NCBI GenBank assembly: GCA_000934665.2
Contig: KZ538371.1
Span: forward strand, 1 to 64,000
Direction: 5' to 3'
DNA: 64,000 bases
Source of the DNA: Catajapyx aquilonaris
Taxonomy: Eukaryota
The translations under genes were made by a program, and so were the position numbers. Positions 41,701-53,114 of the stretch are shown here, piece after piece; position 1 is the stretch's first letter, and each line of letters begins with the position of its first letter. A model generated the notes under the pieces. It had not been told where the DNA came from. It worked only from the letters and a program-made list of their open reading frames with translations, and made no database searches.

Positions 41701-44700
41701 AAATTGCTGCACTTTCAGTTGCAAGTTGCATGAGTCGATGCATTTACTAAAATCAGTTCGTAAGTCCAGGCAGTACAGGGTGTACCAGTTAGTCCCCCCC
41801 AATCAACTGCCCTTTAGTGAGAACACGCTGACAGGGTCTAAAGGCTAGATTTCCCATCCCATAAAAATGTGAGACGACTTGTACCAGTATGGGGAACACA
41901 ACCATTTTTGATCCCGAGTTATTTCCATTCATGATAAGAGTGCGAACCAGTTAACTTGCTGGGTATTTGCGAGGCCAGGAGCAGCCAGTGGGTAATGAAA
42001 GGGTTTGTATCCCAGTAATTTCCGGGTGAAAGACGGAAATTGCACCCACAATGGACACTTCCCCAAAAGGATGACCATGGGCCATTACTGCAGGGAAGTA
42101 TGTGCATAGTGAGTGAGTGAGAGAGAGAGAGAAAGAGCTGGGATAATTTCCTGTACTCTGTGAAGCAAAATATATATCATCGCACACAATAAAACATGCA
42201 CACGCGCCGCATGCTTTTCATGACGTGAAGTGATGACAACAATATGAGCATGTGCACTATAATTATGGCACTTCATGATATATGAACTTCAAAATGCACT
42301 GTAGGCTGGTCAGTTTGGAAAAAGTGGTGTTGTACATTGCACATCACAGGTTAGTGAAGTCAGTAAAGTTTTCCTGGCAAATGACAATTTAACTACGGAG
42401 CATCCAAGCTGGGCCATGTGATCTTTATTGTCCCTCACAGTCCTTAGAGCACAGCAAAGCATACCATGAGAAAAAAAGGATTATTTATATCTGAAAAAAG
42501 CTTGTCCTACATAAAAATCTACATAAAAAATAATAATCTAACATCAGGACAAAAGTAATATCTAGAATTAACACACCCCAAGTTTCTGTCAAGTATATAT
42601 CTCGAGATATGGATTGCCCCATCCCAACCCACCCCCACCTGCTAACTCAGTGGCTCTCAAAGTGCAGTCCTCAACCTGATCAAAAAGTCAGATTCTTGAT
42701 TGGAACTGTACTGGAGATTGGCAATTGGCTTATGGGCATAAGTGGCCAAAGTAGGTTGCAGGATCTCTTGTACTGTACCCCTAAGTGAGCCATGATCAAA
42801 TAGGTTTGAGAATCACTGCTGGAGCTGGCTGCACCATATCCTTCCCCATGTCTAATTTCCCTTCCTTGTAAGGTACCCTTAGCTGGCTTATGCAGGTACC
42901 ACGTACCACCAATCATGCAACTCTTCCAATGTCAAGGGTATCACTTCTTGACAGGCCGTACTCAGAGTTCTACATATTCACATTTTTCTCGCACTGTTTC
43001 AGCGCCGCCTCACCACCATGATTGACATGTTTGAGCCACCATCAGTCTATGTGAAGCATGTCTGCTTCTGCAACTTCACCAAGTAAGGAAAATGCATAAT
43101 GGGTCAAGGGAATAGTTAAGTTTGGTCATTGATCATTTGCTCCAACATCTTACACTATCATGCCATGTGTATTGGGTCACCCACTCTTCCAAAGTAAATT
43201 TTAACAAATTGTCAGTAATTGTACCCATTCAGGGTGTTCCAACTGAATTGTTTTGGTGCCAAGATGCTTGTTAATAACAACTACCCTAAATACAGTAGTT
43301 TCTTATACAACCTGCAAAAAAAAAAAAAAAAAAAAGCGGGTAATTTTACATTGAATACTAGTTGAACACTACATGGCACCCGCTGAAGTTTTTCACCCAT
43401 TAACCCTGGATGCCAAACATATTGTGTGCCTGTGTGGTCATTCCCAAAAGCTTGATCTTCCTTTCTTGAAATTCTGAGCTTTAAAATGTGCTGTCTGCTC
43501 AACCTAATATCACCAACATTACTTTTTGTGTCACTTACGCTACACTGCAATATTACTGTTGCTGATCTTAAAGTAAATATTGGAAAGCTGCCACAAAATT
43601 AAAAGCAGCGTAATACCAAGTACAAAGTGTCCCAAAAGTAACTTTTCACTGGAATAGATAGCCCAAAGTTACTGTGCAGCAAATTACCTCGTACACCGTT
43701 TCTGTTGTTCCTGCAGCAGATGTTGGAAGACATGTCTGGACGAGCTTTCAGTGCACCCCACTGTCCCCACATATAACATTTTGAAGGAGTCAGGTCAGGT
43801 GAACTAGTATGCAAGATTCCACACCAGATTATGCAATTGCCAAGATGTCCTCCAAGAACTAGACTACTAGAGTATATTGAGGAAGCCTGGCTCGTCCAGC
43901 AAGATGGTGCACACACAACTTCCTCATCACTCTAGTTCTTGGAAGACATCTTTAGTAATAACATAATATAGCATGAAATCTGGCCTGCTTGGTCCTGACC
44001 TGACTGCTACAGAATATTATCTGTGGGGTGCTCTGAAAGAGTGTCCACACATGTCTTCAGGCACATGGGGAGCATTTCCAGCATCTGCTGTAGGAAGAAC
44101 TGCAACTTGGTATGTGGTGTTATAAATAATAATAATAATGGATACCCCGTGATAGGCCTCCTTGGGCCTCTTAGGGAATCATCTTTTGAATACCCGACTT
44201 TAATCATTGCCTGCTCTATGATGGATTTTGATTGTTTGAGGAAATGGGAGAACCCCGAGAAAACCCATGCGAACACAGAGAGAACCCATCGAAACTCTAT
44301 CCACATAAGTATCCTCCGTCTGACCCGGGGATCGAACTCGGGACCTTAGAGGTGGAAGGCTGGGGCGCTAACCACTACGCCACCGTGTCGCCCATGGTAT
44401 GTGGTGTTTTACTGCACATGAACTTTTGGGGCATACATTCCAGTGCAGTTACTTTTGGGACACCCACCTGTGGAACAAAAATTTCAATAACTAGTACAAT
44501 TTAGTTGGAACATCCTGTATATTAAATTGGCATCATTATAACGCTCACTACATGAAAACTTGCCAGTATACTAAGGAAGAATATGTTATTATTATTACCC
44601 CAAGTCTTACTAATTCTTTAAACTATGTTTCATTTAATAGTGATAACTGTGATAACTGGATTGCCTATCAGGGAACACTGATTTTTTAAACCCCTGGAAC

Positions 44701-47700
44701 TGTGACGTGGGGTCTTATAGGACCCCAAAGGAATTAAAATGGATTAAAATGATAATTACAATGAACTGTTGTCATTTAAAAAAGTACATAACAGGGAGTG
44801 CATGTTTATTTTGAATTAGTGATCATTTTAGGCGATTTTAGGCATTGTTCAAAGAATGATTGCATATAGTCAATACATTGAAAAGTATTATATAAAAATT
44901 AATAAAAATTAAAATATAGATGGGGTCCTAAAAGACCCCACGTCACGGTTAACATAACTTTCAGGCATGTCATGGTTCCAGGGTTAAAATTAATCTGGCA
45001 GCTAATACAAAAAAATATCATGTTGCCCCTAGCACTGGAATGGAACTTCTGTAAGGTGCATGACTTCTGCTTGATGCAATACCCAAGATGTAAAGACCGA
45101 TGTTTTGATTGTATTGTTATAGTAACTTGACAATCATTTCTTGAAACACCTGCTGCAAGCAGTGTCCAACTGGAGCACCTGATTATAATAAGGCACTATC
45201 TTCCTGAACATATTTTTTCAAGACCAGTACGAGTCAGTTATTAGACATCCAAGACCACTGGAGACAAAATAATTCTATACTGGACACTTTTGCATTACCA
45301 CTATGTTCTGATTCCTCCTTTTCTGCTAAAAAACATATTTGAAATGTATGTAACCTTACACTGGTGGCGTGCCACAGGCATTTTTATTCATTTAATACCA
45401 GCCAATTTTAAGGATATTGCATCATAAAAGTAATTTCCTGCCCCAGGAGTCTTGCATAGGGCAGTCGGAGTACCACTACACTTAGGAAAACGTAGTGCTG
45501 TGGAGTACTTGCATGCTGAGTGTTCTCTAGTCACACCAGAAGTACAGTACTGTGCATTAGTCGTAGTGGAATCACACAAGATATGTTGGTCATTTTCTTC
45601 TCATTCATAATGGTGGCATCCTCCAATCAGCTTCATGCACATTATTGACAGTCATTGCCAATGTCAACAAGCACTGAATTGTGAATGAAACAATCTTGCC
45701 AGCATCATGTGAATCCACAGCAACTAATAGCCAAAACTTAATTTTTTGTGCATCAGCTACCAGATAAAAGCATTTTTACTAACTGCAGTGTTCCTTCCTT
45801 TCTGGACCATTCTGTATAGGCCTATTTTTAATGCTTTATGCTCTGAAAACATACACTATTATGAACTCAACATCAAATCCCAGCGAGCAAAGACATTACC
45901 ATATACCCAGTTCAACAAAATGTCATCTTCCTATATTTGTTTTTTATGTGCAACAGAAACGTATGTTAACTGCATCAAACTACTTGGCATACTTTTTACT
46001 TCTTTTCCCATCTGGGTTAGCACGTAATAATGAGATGATTTATGGCCCGATGTATGAACATGAGTTAAGGTTAACTACGTAGTTAGTGCGTACGATCGTA
46101 TATATCATTTACATACAAAACTCGCTATTGGAAAAAACCAGTCTCAAGATAATTGAAGGCAAAGATTTAATCGTGCATATGTTTACGTGCTAGTGATGAC
46201 AGAATATACTGGCTCCTTATGAAACTTTAGGTCAAAATAGACTTAACCAGGTGATAGATCAGAAAAGATACTACTTAGTGGTGTAAATGACTCAAATCCA
46301 ACAAAACTGGACTTAGTGCATTTCACTTGCATGTAGACAACACAATAACTTCATAGTTAACATTAATTTGTGTTCATACAACCAGCTCTTAGGTGTTAAC
46401 ATTTTAAAATGCATATGACCAGTATGTTAAAAATGACACTATTGTTCAAATATCTTGACACACTGTCAAGATATTTATGGCACATCCAAAAATAGCCCCC
46501 AGGCTTCAATCTTAACATACTGAACCTTATGTTGGTCGCACCTATTTTCTCCAAATGTGACTGATGCAACGCAAACACATCACTAATTGTTGAGGTCACA
46601 ATTCTTGGGCATGTGACTGAGCAAGTGGCCAATAAAATGCTACAAAAAATTTATTTTTACATTTGAGAGGAAAACTAATTCCATAGACGCATTCTGATGG
46701 CGTTTCTCTTTCTTTTGATGTACCGTAGCCTATATGTTCATTGGGTTCTGATCACTTCCACTAACCGAAAAAAAATCTCCCAAAAAGGCCTCATTTTCAG
46801 CCATTTCCAGATTTCCAGATTCATGCATAGTTGAGTAGGCTACATCTGCGATTATTTTCACCAAGATCCGAGATGGTCTAGCAACATTTAGGCCCATTTG
46901 ATTCGGAAAGACCCCTAGTAAATCGTTCAAAGTTTTAACACGATATATCTCAAAAACTGTGGGTGACAGAAGATTTTGGTTAACGTATTTGAAATCAGCG
47001 CAAAAAATACAATAGGAATCGCACATTCATGTACATGGGCCAAAAAGCAAGTTCAATTTTGTTCCCTATAGTACAATTGTCCAACCTTGGTCTCACATGA
47101 TGGGTGTGAGTGACATCAGAACTCCCATTAAAAGAAGGTTGTGTTTCTCAGGGTCCTGATGTCACTTATTCTCGTGATGTCAAAGGTTAGAAAAGTCTAC
47201 CAAAACACTAATAAAATGGTCTGTAAGCACTGTTCCAGAAAATTATTCAGAAATAGTTCCCAAGTACCTAGGATAGTCAATAAACTCGTATTAGTTCCCA
47301 AGTACCTATCAGTGACACTGCACTTGCACTTTGCACATCCCCTCCTAGTCACCCTGCCCTGGGACCAGGGCGCTTCTCCAAAAGGTTCCCCCAAAAGGGC
47401 CAAAGATGGCCCAGCATGGGGTAATTTAAAAATATAAATTTAATGGCACGCTGTAGAAAAGTTTTCACCGCACATATCATAATATAATATCTTACATTAA
47501 TCGTATTCTTATAGGTTTGGATACCAGCCACCCATTTACATCAACCTTGTACGTGACCCAGTAGAACGAGTAATATCATGGTACTATTATGTAAGAGCTC
47601 CATGGTACTTCGTGGAACGCAAGAAAACTTTCCCAGAACTTCCTCTCCCAGATCCACTCTGGCTCCGGAAGGTAAGTATCAACAATGTTCCACTGATTTA

Positions 47701-47954
47701 CATTTACTGACTAACTTGTGCTTATGCATGCAGGATTATGAGACGTGTGTTCTGTCTGGTGATCCTGAATGCCAGTATATTGAAGGGGACACACGGAATG
47801 GAATATCAGATCATCGCCGACAAACCATGTTTTTCTGTGGACATGATGACCGCTGCACGTACGTACATCATTGCACATTTATATGAATTACGGTGTATGT
47901 ATAATTAAAAAACAAAGTGAATCTGTCAGCTCATTTTACAATATAATTTTAATT

Positions 47955-47995
<41 letters not shown>

Positions 47996-50900
47996 TTTAA
48001 TTTTAATTAATATAACAATATGGCATAGTCATGAGTGCATCAAAAAGTAAATAGAGAATGTCACCAGTGCGTGAATCTGAACAGACATTACATGGAAGCT
48101 ATTTATTAATACAATTCAACCGAAGTAAATTGGTTTAATTCTCCAGTTGATGTCATAATGAAGACCAAAGAAAATAATGTGTTCCATACAGACTCAGTCT
48201 CTCTGATCTTAATATTACTATCTATCACCCTGTGGTGTATACGCAAAGAAGAACCAGATGAAATGAGACTCTTGGCTAAACCAAGCTCTTGGCTAAACTG
48301 ATTCATATTTCGAAACCTCTATGGCCTATGCAGTAGGAACATTCCCTTTCCATCAATTTCACAGGCTGGTGTGTAATGAAACAAATTAAGAAAACTGGTG
48401 CCTATGTCCTCCTGAGACCTGATGTCCAATATATTGGACATCAGCAGAAAAAAAAACTTGGCGTCAATTTCAGTTGACGCCTTTTTTTCTTTTTTTTGCT
48501 GATGTCCAATATATTGGACATCAGGTCTCAGGAGGATATACCACAGAAACACTGGGTTGCTTGCTGCTAGTGTATTCAAGCTGAGGCAGGCAAAACCTGA
48601 ACTTATTGATCCGAAAATTCAATTTGTCATCATCTGAACTCAAGGTGTTCAAAGAGGAAAGTCATGCCAATGAGTTTGTATGAAGCAATATCAAATGGTA
48701 CCTGCATTAAAACTTCACAAATTGTGTGGAGTACTGACACAAATCAGAAACTTGCTCCTTTCTGACACTCTGAGTTACTGCTGAGTACAGAAAAGTTATT
48801 ACCAGCATTTCCTAGAAAAATCATCACATGGAACACACATTATTTGTACATTTACAATACCAATAAGAACACTGCCAGGTAGTGACAATTCTGTGCCCAA
48901 CTCACATGACCACAGGCCACATTCTGCCATAAGATTTTCTGTTTTTTTATCATTAGGGTAGAGTTTGTCCACAAAATATTATGGTCTGTCTAGCAGGGGT
49001 TCTTAACCTGGGGTGCCCGCACCCCCAGGGGGTGCGAGTAAGGTGCACCCCTGGACTTAGTCTAACTATGAACTTAATCACCCCTGGTATAGGGGGTGCG
49101 ACAAGAACCAACTGTCTTCAAAGACGTGCGGAGGCCCAAAAAGGTTAAGAACCTCTGCTAGACCGAGATTGCAGCAGCGTAACCATTATCATTGTAACTC
49201 ACCATGTACCCAACCATGAAGGTTTCAATAAATTACAATGGTAAAGGCCAACCAGCCACTGCAACCTTGCCCTAAACAGTCCAGACCACCACATCATAGC
49301 AAAATCTGCCTCTGGAAGAAAAATTGTGTCAGCAATGAATGGGTTCCAAACGCACTTGATATTCTGGGATCTTGGTTCTCATCAGCAACTGTAGTCACCC
49401 CTAGTAGTGGCTAGTTGGCTGAAAAGGCCTCTCAAGTGAAGGTTGGAAGCTGAAAGTAACCAGGCCCAGTGTTAAGACACTTAGTTAAAAAATCGAACAT
49501 CCCAAATATTACCTGGATCCCTAAGCACCTAGGAAGTCGCGTGATATGGCCTGATAAAATGGGGGTTTTCGTTTAACACTTAATCAATGTATATGTGGAA
49601 GGCTTAATACACTCTATTGCGGCGTTTTAAATGTAAACTAAACGACGTAGTGAATGCAAATAGGCGGAATAGTCTGAAGAACGCGGGAATAAATCGCGGC
49701 ACGTCCTTCCGAATGTCCGCCGATCATGAAACTGATTCGGAATGTTCTGGAACCTTTGTCCCCAGTTTTATTTACTAATTTTAAAACTATAAATACTTTT
49801 ATCACGATGAATAAAATAAATTAGAATTTTTAATTCTACCAAATTGTTAAAATTTAAAGTGTCAGAAATTACAAATTAATGGCTCAGTTGACAAGAGTGG
49901 TGGCGCGCTTTTTAAAATCGGCCTTATCTTACTCTGTTGAGTCGAATGAACAATTGACGCACATACGCTTACGAATAAGTCCAGGAACAAAATTGACACA
50001 ATTTTGACGACTCATTTACCTATAGGACATTTGAGGGGTATGGTGGAAAAACATGATAACTGACAAAAGTGTAATTTTCCAGGAGAGCGAATTGAAGTTT
50101 GCATTTTCTTAACAAATCATGCTGGCAAATGCTGGGAAATCATGCTGGTTTGAATCTGGTTCATGTGCCCGTCTCGTGCATGATACGTGAACTTCGAGTA
50201 TACCAAACTGTTTGTCATGTCTTATACATAGTTGCTAGGTGTTTAGGTCAAAAATGACAAAGATGTCAGTTATCATGTTTTTCCACCACACCCCTCATTT
50301 GGTTTGGGATCAGAGTGACAGTAGAGCCTGAAGATATCCCCAAAATGACCCCACATCATTCTGACTTCTTTGGGCTAACAGCCATATGGGCGAGTGCAAG
50401 GGCGAGTGATAGCAGAGATACGGGATAGGGGAGGAAGGAGAAAGAGTCAGCCATTACTTGTAGTGCAAGACTTATTCATTTTAAGATACTTCCCAAGGAC
50501 ATTGATGCCTGGTTGCACCAACAAAATTACTGGTCCGATAGCTCCTAATGGACAGACAGGTAGACCTTTTAACATGTGCTATCGGACCGGTAATTTTGTT
50601 GGTGCAACCTTTCCCACTTATGGTCCAAACGCCCAACACACCTGCCAAAAATCCTGATCACAACCGGTTGTTCTGCACTAGTTCTGCACTCTTTGCTTCC
50701 ATACCTTCTTCTGCTCTGGGATATTCCCATGTTTGACCTCCTATGCACACTATAATGCCACTTTTGCCCTATCAACCAAAATTTTCTGTCATATAGAAGA
50801 GACCTAGTCAAATCATCCAGAGTATATTATACTCTGGATGATTTGACTAGGTCTCTTCTATATGACAGAAAATTTATGTAAACCTCAGTTTTATTCTGAC

Positions 50901-52684
50901 ATTGGCCAACTTTGTTTGACTGGTACTTTTCATTTTAAAGCATCAAAGGGGGAGAGAACTTTTAACTGACTCTCCAGATTCACTAGCAAATAATTATATA
51001 ACTTAATAAAGGTAAATGAAGGTAAATAAAGCATAAAGATGTGGATGTAGACCAGAGCTCGTTCTCAGCCCTGGGGCTCCTTGCATGACCACCAACAGCA
51101 CCAGGGTAGGCCTACTAGTCTAGGAAATGCTGAGAACACCATAATTATGTTGATTGTGTAATGACGGCACAGGCTGCTCCTCTACTAGAAAGGGAAGAAC
51201 TATTATCCACATCTTTATGCTTGCGAGTTGCGAATGTACATTCTCACTAACATAAGTGGTGGGCAACCGAAGCAGGTTGGCATAATGGATAAGGCGTCCG
51301 ACTGCTAATCGGGAGGTCCTGGGTTCGAATCCCGGGGCCGGCAACTCTGACCGTGGTTTTCTGTGGTTTCCCACGGTCCATCCAGGAAAATTCCGGAGTT
51401 GTTTCCGTAACTAACAGGCCACAGCCGCTTCCTTCCGTCCCTATCCCATCCCAAAAAGTGCAGTAAAATGAAAGCAAACAGTTCCAGACAAAAGAAAACT
51501 TCCCCCCTAAAGAGCCGAAAAAGGCTGATAACGGGGTATGAATTATTATTATTATTATTACATATAAGTGGTGGGCTCATCCACTTGTGCATGGAAACAC
51601 CCTGTATAAATTGAGGGGTGTAGTGGAAAAACTTCATAACCCTAATTTTTGTCAATTTTTTACCTGAACATGTAGCAACTAATATAAAATACATGACAAC
51701 AGTTTGGTATGCTCCAAGTTCAAGTATCATGCACGAGATGGCAACACAGACTAGATCAAAACCCACATGCCCTATGATTTGTGAAGAGAGTGCAAACTTC
51801 AATCCGCTCTCCTGAAAAGTTACACTTTTGAGGGATATGAAGTTTTTCCACCACACCACCTCATTTCTATACTGCAAATTTCAAATGAGCAGCTCACATA
51901 CCACAACTTCTCAACACATTAACTATCATAATTTCAGGGGATTCAACACAGATTATGCCCTTCAGAAAGCAAAAGAAAATGTTGAAAGGTACTACTCAGT
52001 GGTTGGTGTGCTGGATGACCTCAACAAGACTCTCACAGTTTTTGAACATTACATCCCCCGTTTCTTCCGTGGTGCCAAACAGCTCTATTATGGTGAGTTG
52101 CATTTAAAATAATGTAAGGTAATTGATCTGGGAAACATTGGGAGATCTCAGAATGCATCCCCCACTGCAAGAAGATCAGAACAGCTGCATGATTTGGTGC
52201 ATAAGAATCATAATGCACAAGCCCATCCAACTATCTGTGTGCCTCAAACAGAACTTCTGTAGAACTTTGAGTGGGCTTTGGCCATTAACTCTTGCCTTTT
52301 CACCCCATAGGACCAGAATGCAGTAATTACTTGTCTCACAATAAAGTTGGACTGGCAAGGCTACAAATATGATGCATGCATTCTTAATGGAATCCAAATC
52401 TTCTTATATTTTGATAGACTATCTTCAAAATCATAATTCACAAACATTATTCATGATACAATAAAAAGAAAAGTCACATTAACTTCAATGTCTTATAAGC
52501 TTCATTCTTAATTTCAGATCAAGTTTACCATTTCTCCCGGATCAACAAGAACATTTACAAGCCCCCAGTGTCTCCTGAAGTGAAAAACCTGGTTCGAAGG
52601 AACTTCACCCGTGAAGTGGAGTTTTACGAGTTTTGTAAGCAGCGCCTGCACATGCAGTACATGGCGCTCAACCTTGACAACTGA
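35743..52684 (+). CDS. pip: Pipe, heparan sulfate 2-O-sulfotransferase-like Golgi type II membrane protein (~383 aa)
   Basis: Phase-consistent exons: 35743-35801 (start tentative), 40464-40588, 40885-40979, 41286-41474, 43003-43082, 47515-47671, 47734-47858, 51938-52092, 52518-52684. Pipe-type signal anchor PKRVSEIVALLSLSTTLFLFIHT; 5'-PSB FFNRVPKVGSQT; 3'-PB RDPVERVISWYYY; FFCGH; EVEFYEFCKQRL. AATAAA at 52927. Confidence 0.93.
41042..41117 (+). pseudogene. tRNA-like cloverleaf (pseudo-tRNA or SINE head) with aberrant anticodon loop, in a pipe intron
   Basis: Perfect acceptor GCTCTCA/TGAGAGC, D-arm GCTC/GAGC with A box, T-arm GGTTCGATTCC. The anticodon loop is 8-10 nt rather than 7. Confidence 0.7.
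43230..44517. mobile_element. Tc1/mariner-type element holding a second Tc1-like foldback remnant (~43623-44467)
   Basis: Outer TIR CAGGGTGTTCCAACT/AGTTGGAACATCCTG; inner TIR GTGTCCCAAAAGTAAC. Transposase remnants QQDGAH, WPAWS.PD and LWGALKE on +, and SPDLTP..YMWG on -. Confidence 0.7.
44122..44394 (-). mobile_element. tRNA-derived SINE (V-domain-like body, (TTA)n tail)
   Basis: A box TGGCGTAGTGG, B box GTTCGATCC, (TTA)n tail, 14-bp TSD TGGTATGTGGTGTT at 44108-44121 and 44395-44408. Confidence 0.9.
44691..44983. mobile_element. piggyBac-type MITE
   Basis: CCCTGGAAC/GTTCCAGGG termini, TTAA on the right, internal GGGGTC..GACCCC palindromic subterminal repeats. Confidence 0.65.
47958..47993. 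repeat. (AAT)n microsatellite (another at ~3010-3033)
   Basis: Read directly from the sequence. Confidence 0.9.
48403..48540. repeat. Foldback element whose arms each contain the palindrome CTGATGTCCAATATATTGGACATCAG
   Basis: Inverted arms TCCTCCTGAGACCTGATG.../...CATCAGGTCTCAGGAGGA. Confidence 0.85.
48994..49157. mobile_element. hAT (Charlie-like) MITE
   Basis: TIR CAGGGGTTCTTAACCT/AGGTTAAGAACCTCTG; no clean 8-bp TSD. Confidence 0.6.
50033..50296. mobile_element. Sola-like MITE, copy 1 of 4
   Basis: TIR GAGGGGT(G/A)TGGTGGAAAAA, 4-bp TSD ATTT; interior shared with the copies at 51613, 54971 and 59768. Confidence 0.8.
50511..50609. repeat. Short foldback element
   Basis: 32-bp inverted arms GGTTGCACCAACAAAATTAC(T/C)GGTCCGATAGC. 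Confidence 0.75.
50779..50875. repeat. Perfect 97-bp palindrome
   Basis: 47-bp perfectly complementary arms around an ATT loop. Confidence 0.9.
51265..51563 (+). mobile_element. tRNA-derived SINE (second family)
   Basis: A box TGGCATAATGG, B box GGTTCGAATCC, (TTA)n tail, 13-bp TSD ATAAGTGGTGGGC (51252-51264, 51564-51576). Confidence 0.9.
51613..51862. mobile_element. Sola-like MITE, copy 2 (inverted relative to copy 1)
   Basis: GAGGGGTGTAGTGGAAAAA TIR; flanks AATT/ATTT. Confidence 0.75.
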
Positions 52685-53114
52685 GAGTGGGAAGACTGTA
52701 TTTTGCATCCACAGATCTCGATGAAACAAGAACTCGATACGAGTGAGATAAAATTTTTGGACTGGACCCTACCACCAGTGTCAACAGCAACTTTTTAAAA
52801 GTTACCGTGAATCAAATCATTTTCAGGAGTGAAAAACAGGGATTTTTACTTTACTTGCCTTAGGCGTCTAAGACTCTGCATTCAATGGCGCTGACAAAAT
52901 TTGTTGAAATCGTCACCTTTATTTATAATAAACGTGCTTAATGGATTTGGGATATGTTGAAGTTTGAATTTTTATGGAAGTCAGCATCACTCAATTGCTG
53001 AAATTTTATTTCATACAAAATGTTGGTTGGATTAGTTGAAGAAACATCCTCCGCTTAGGAAAAATAACAAAGGCAAACAAAAATGTTAAGCGCACACCAT
53101 AGCCAAGGTCCCCT

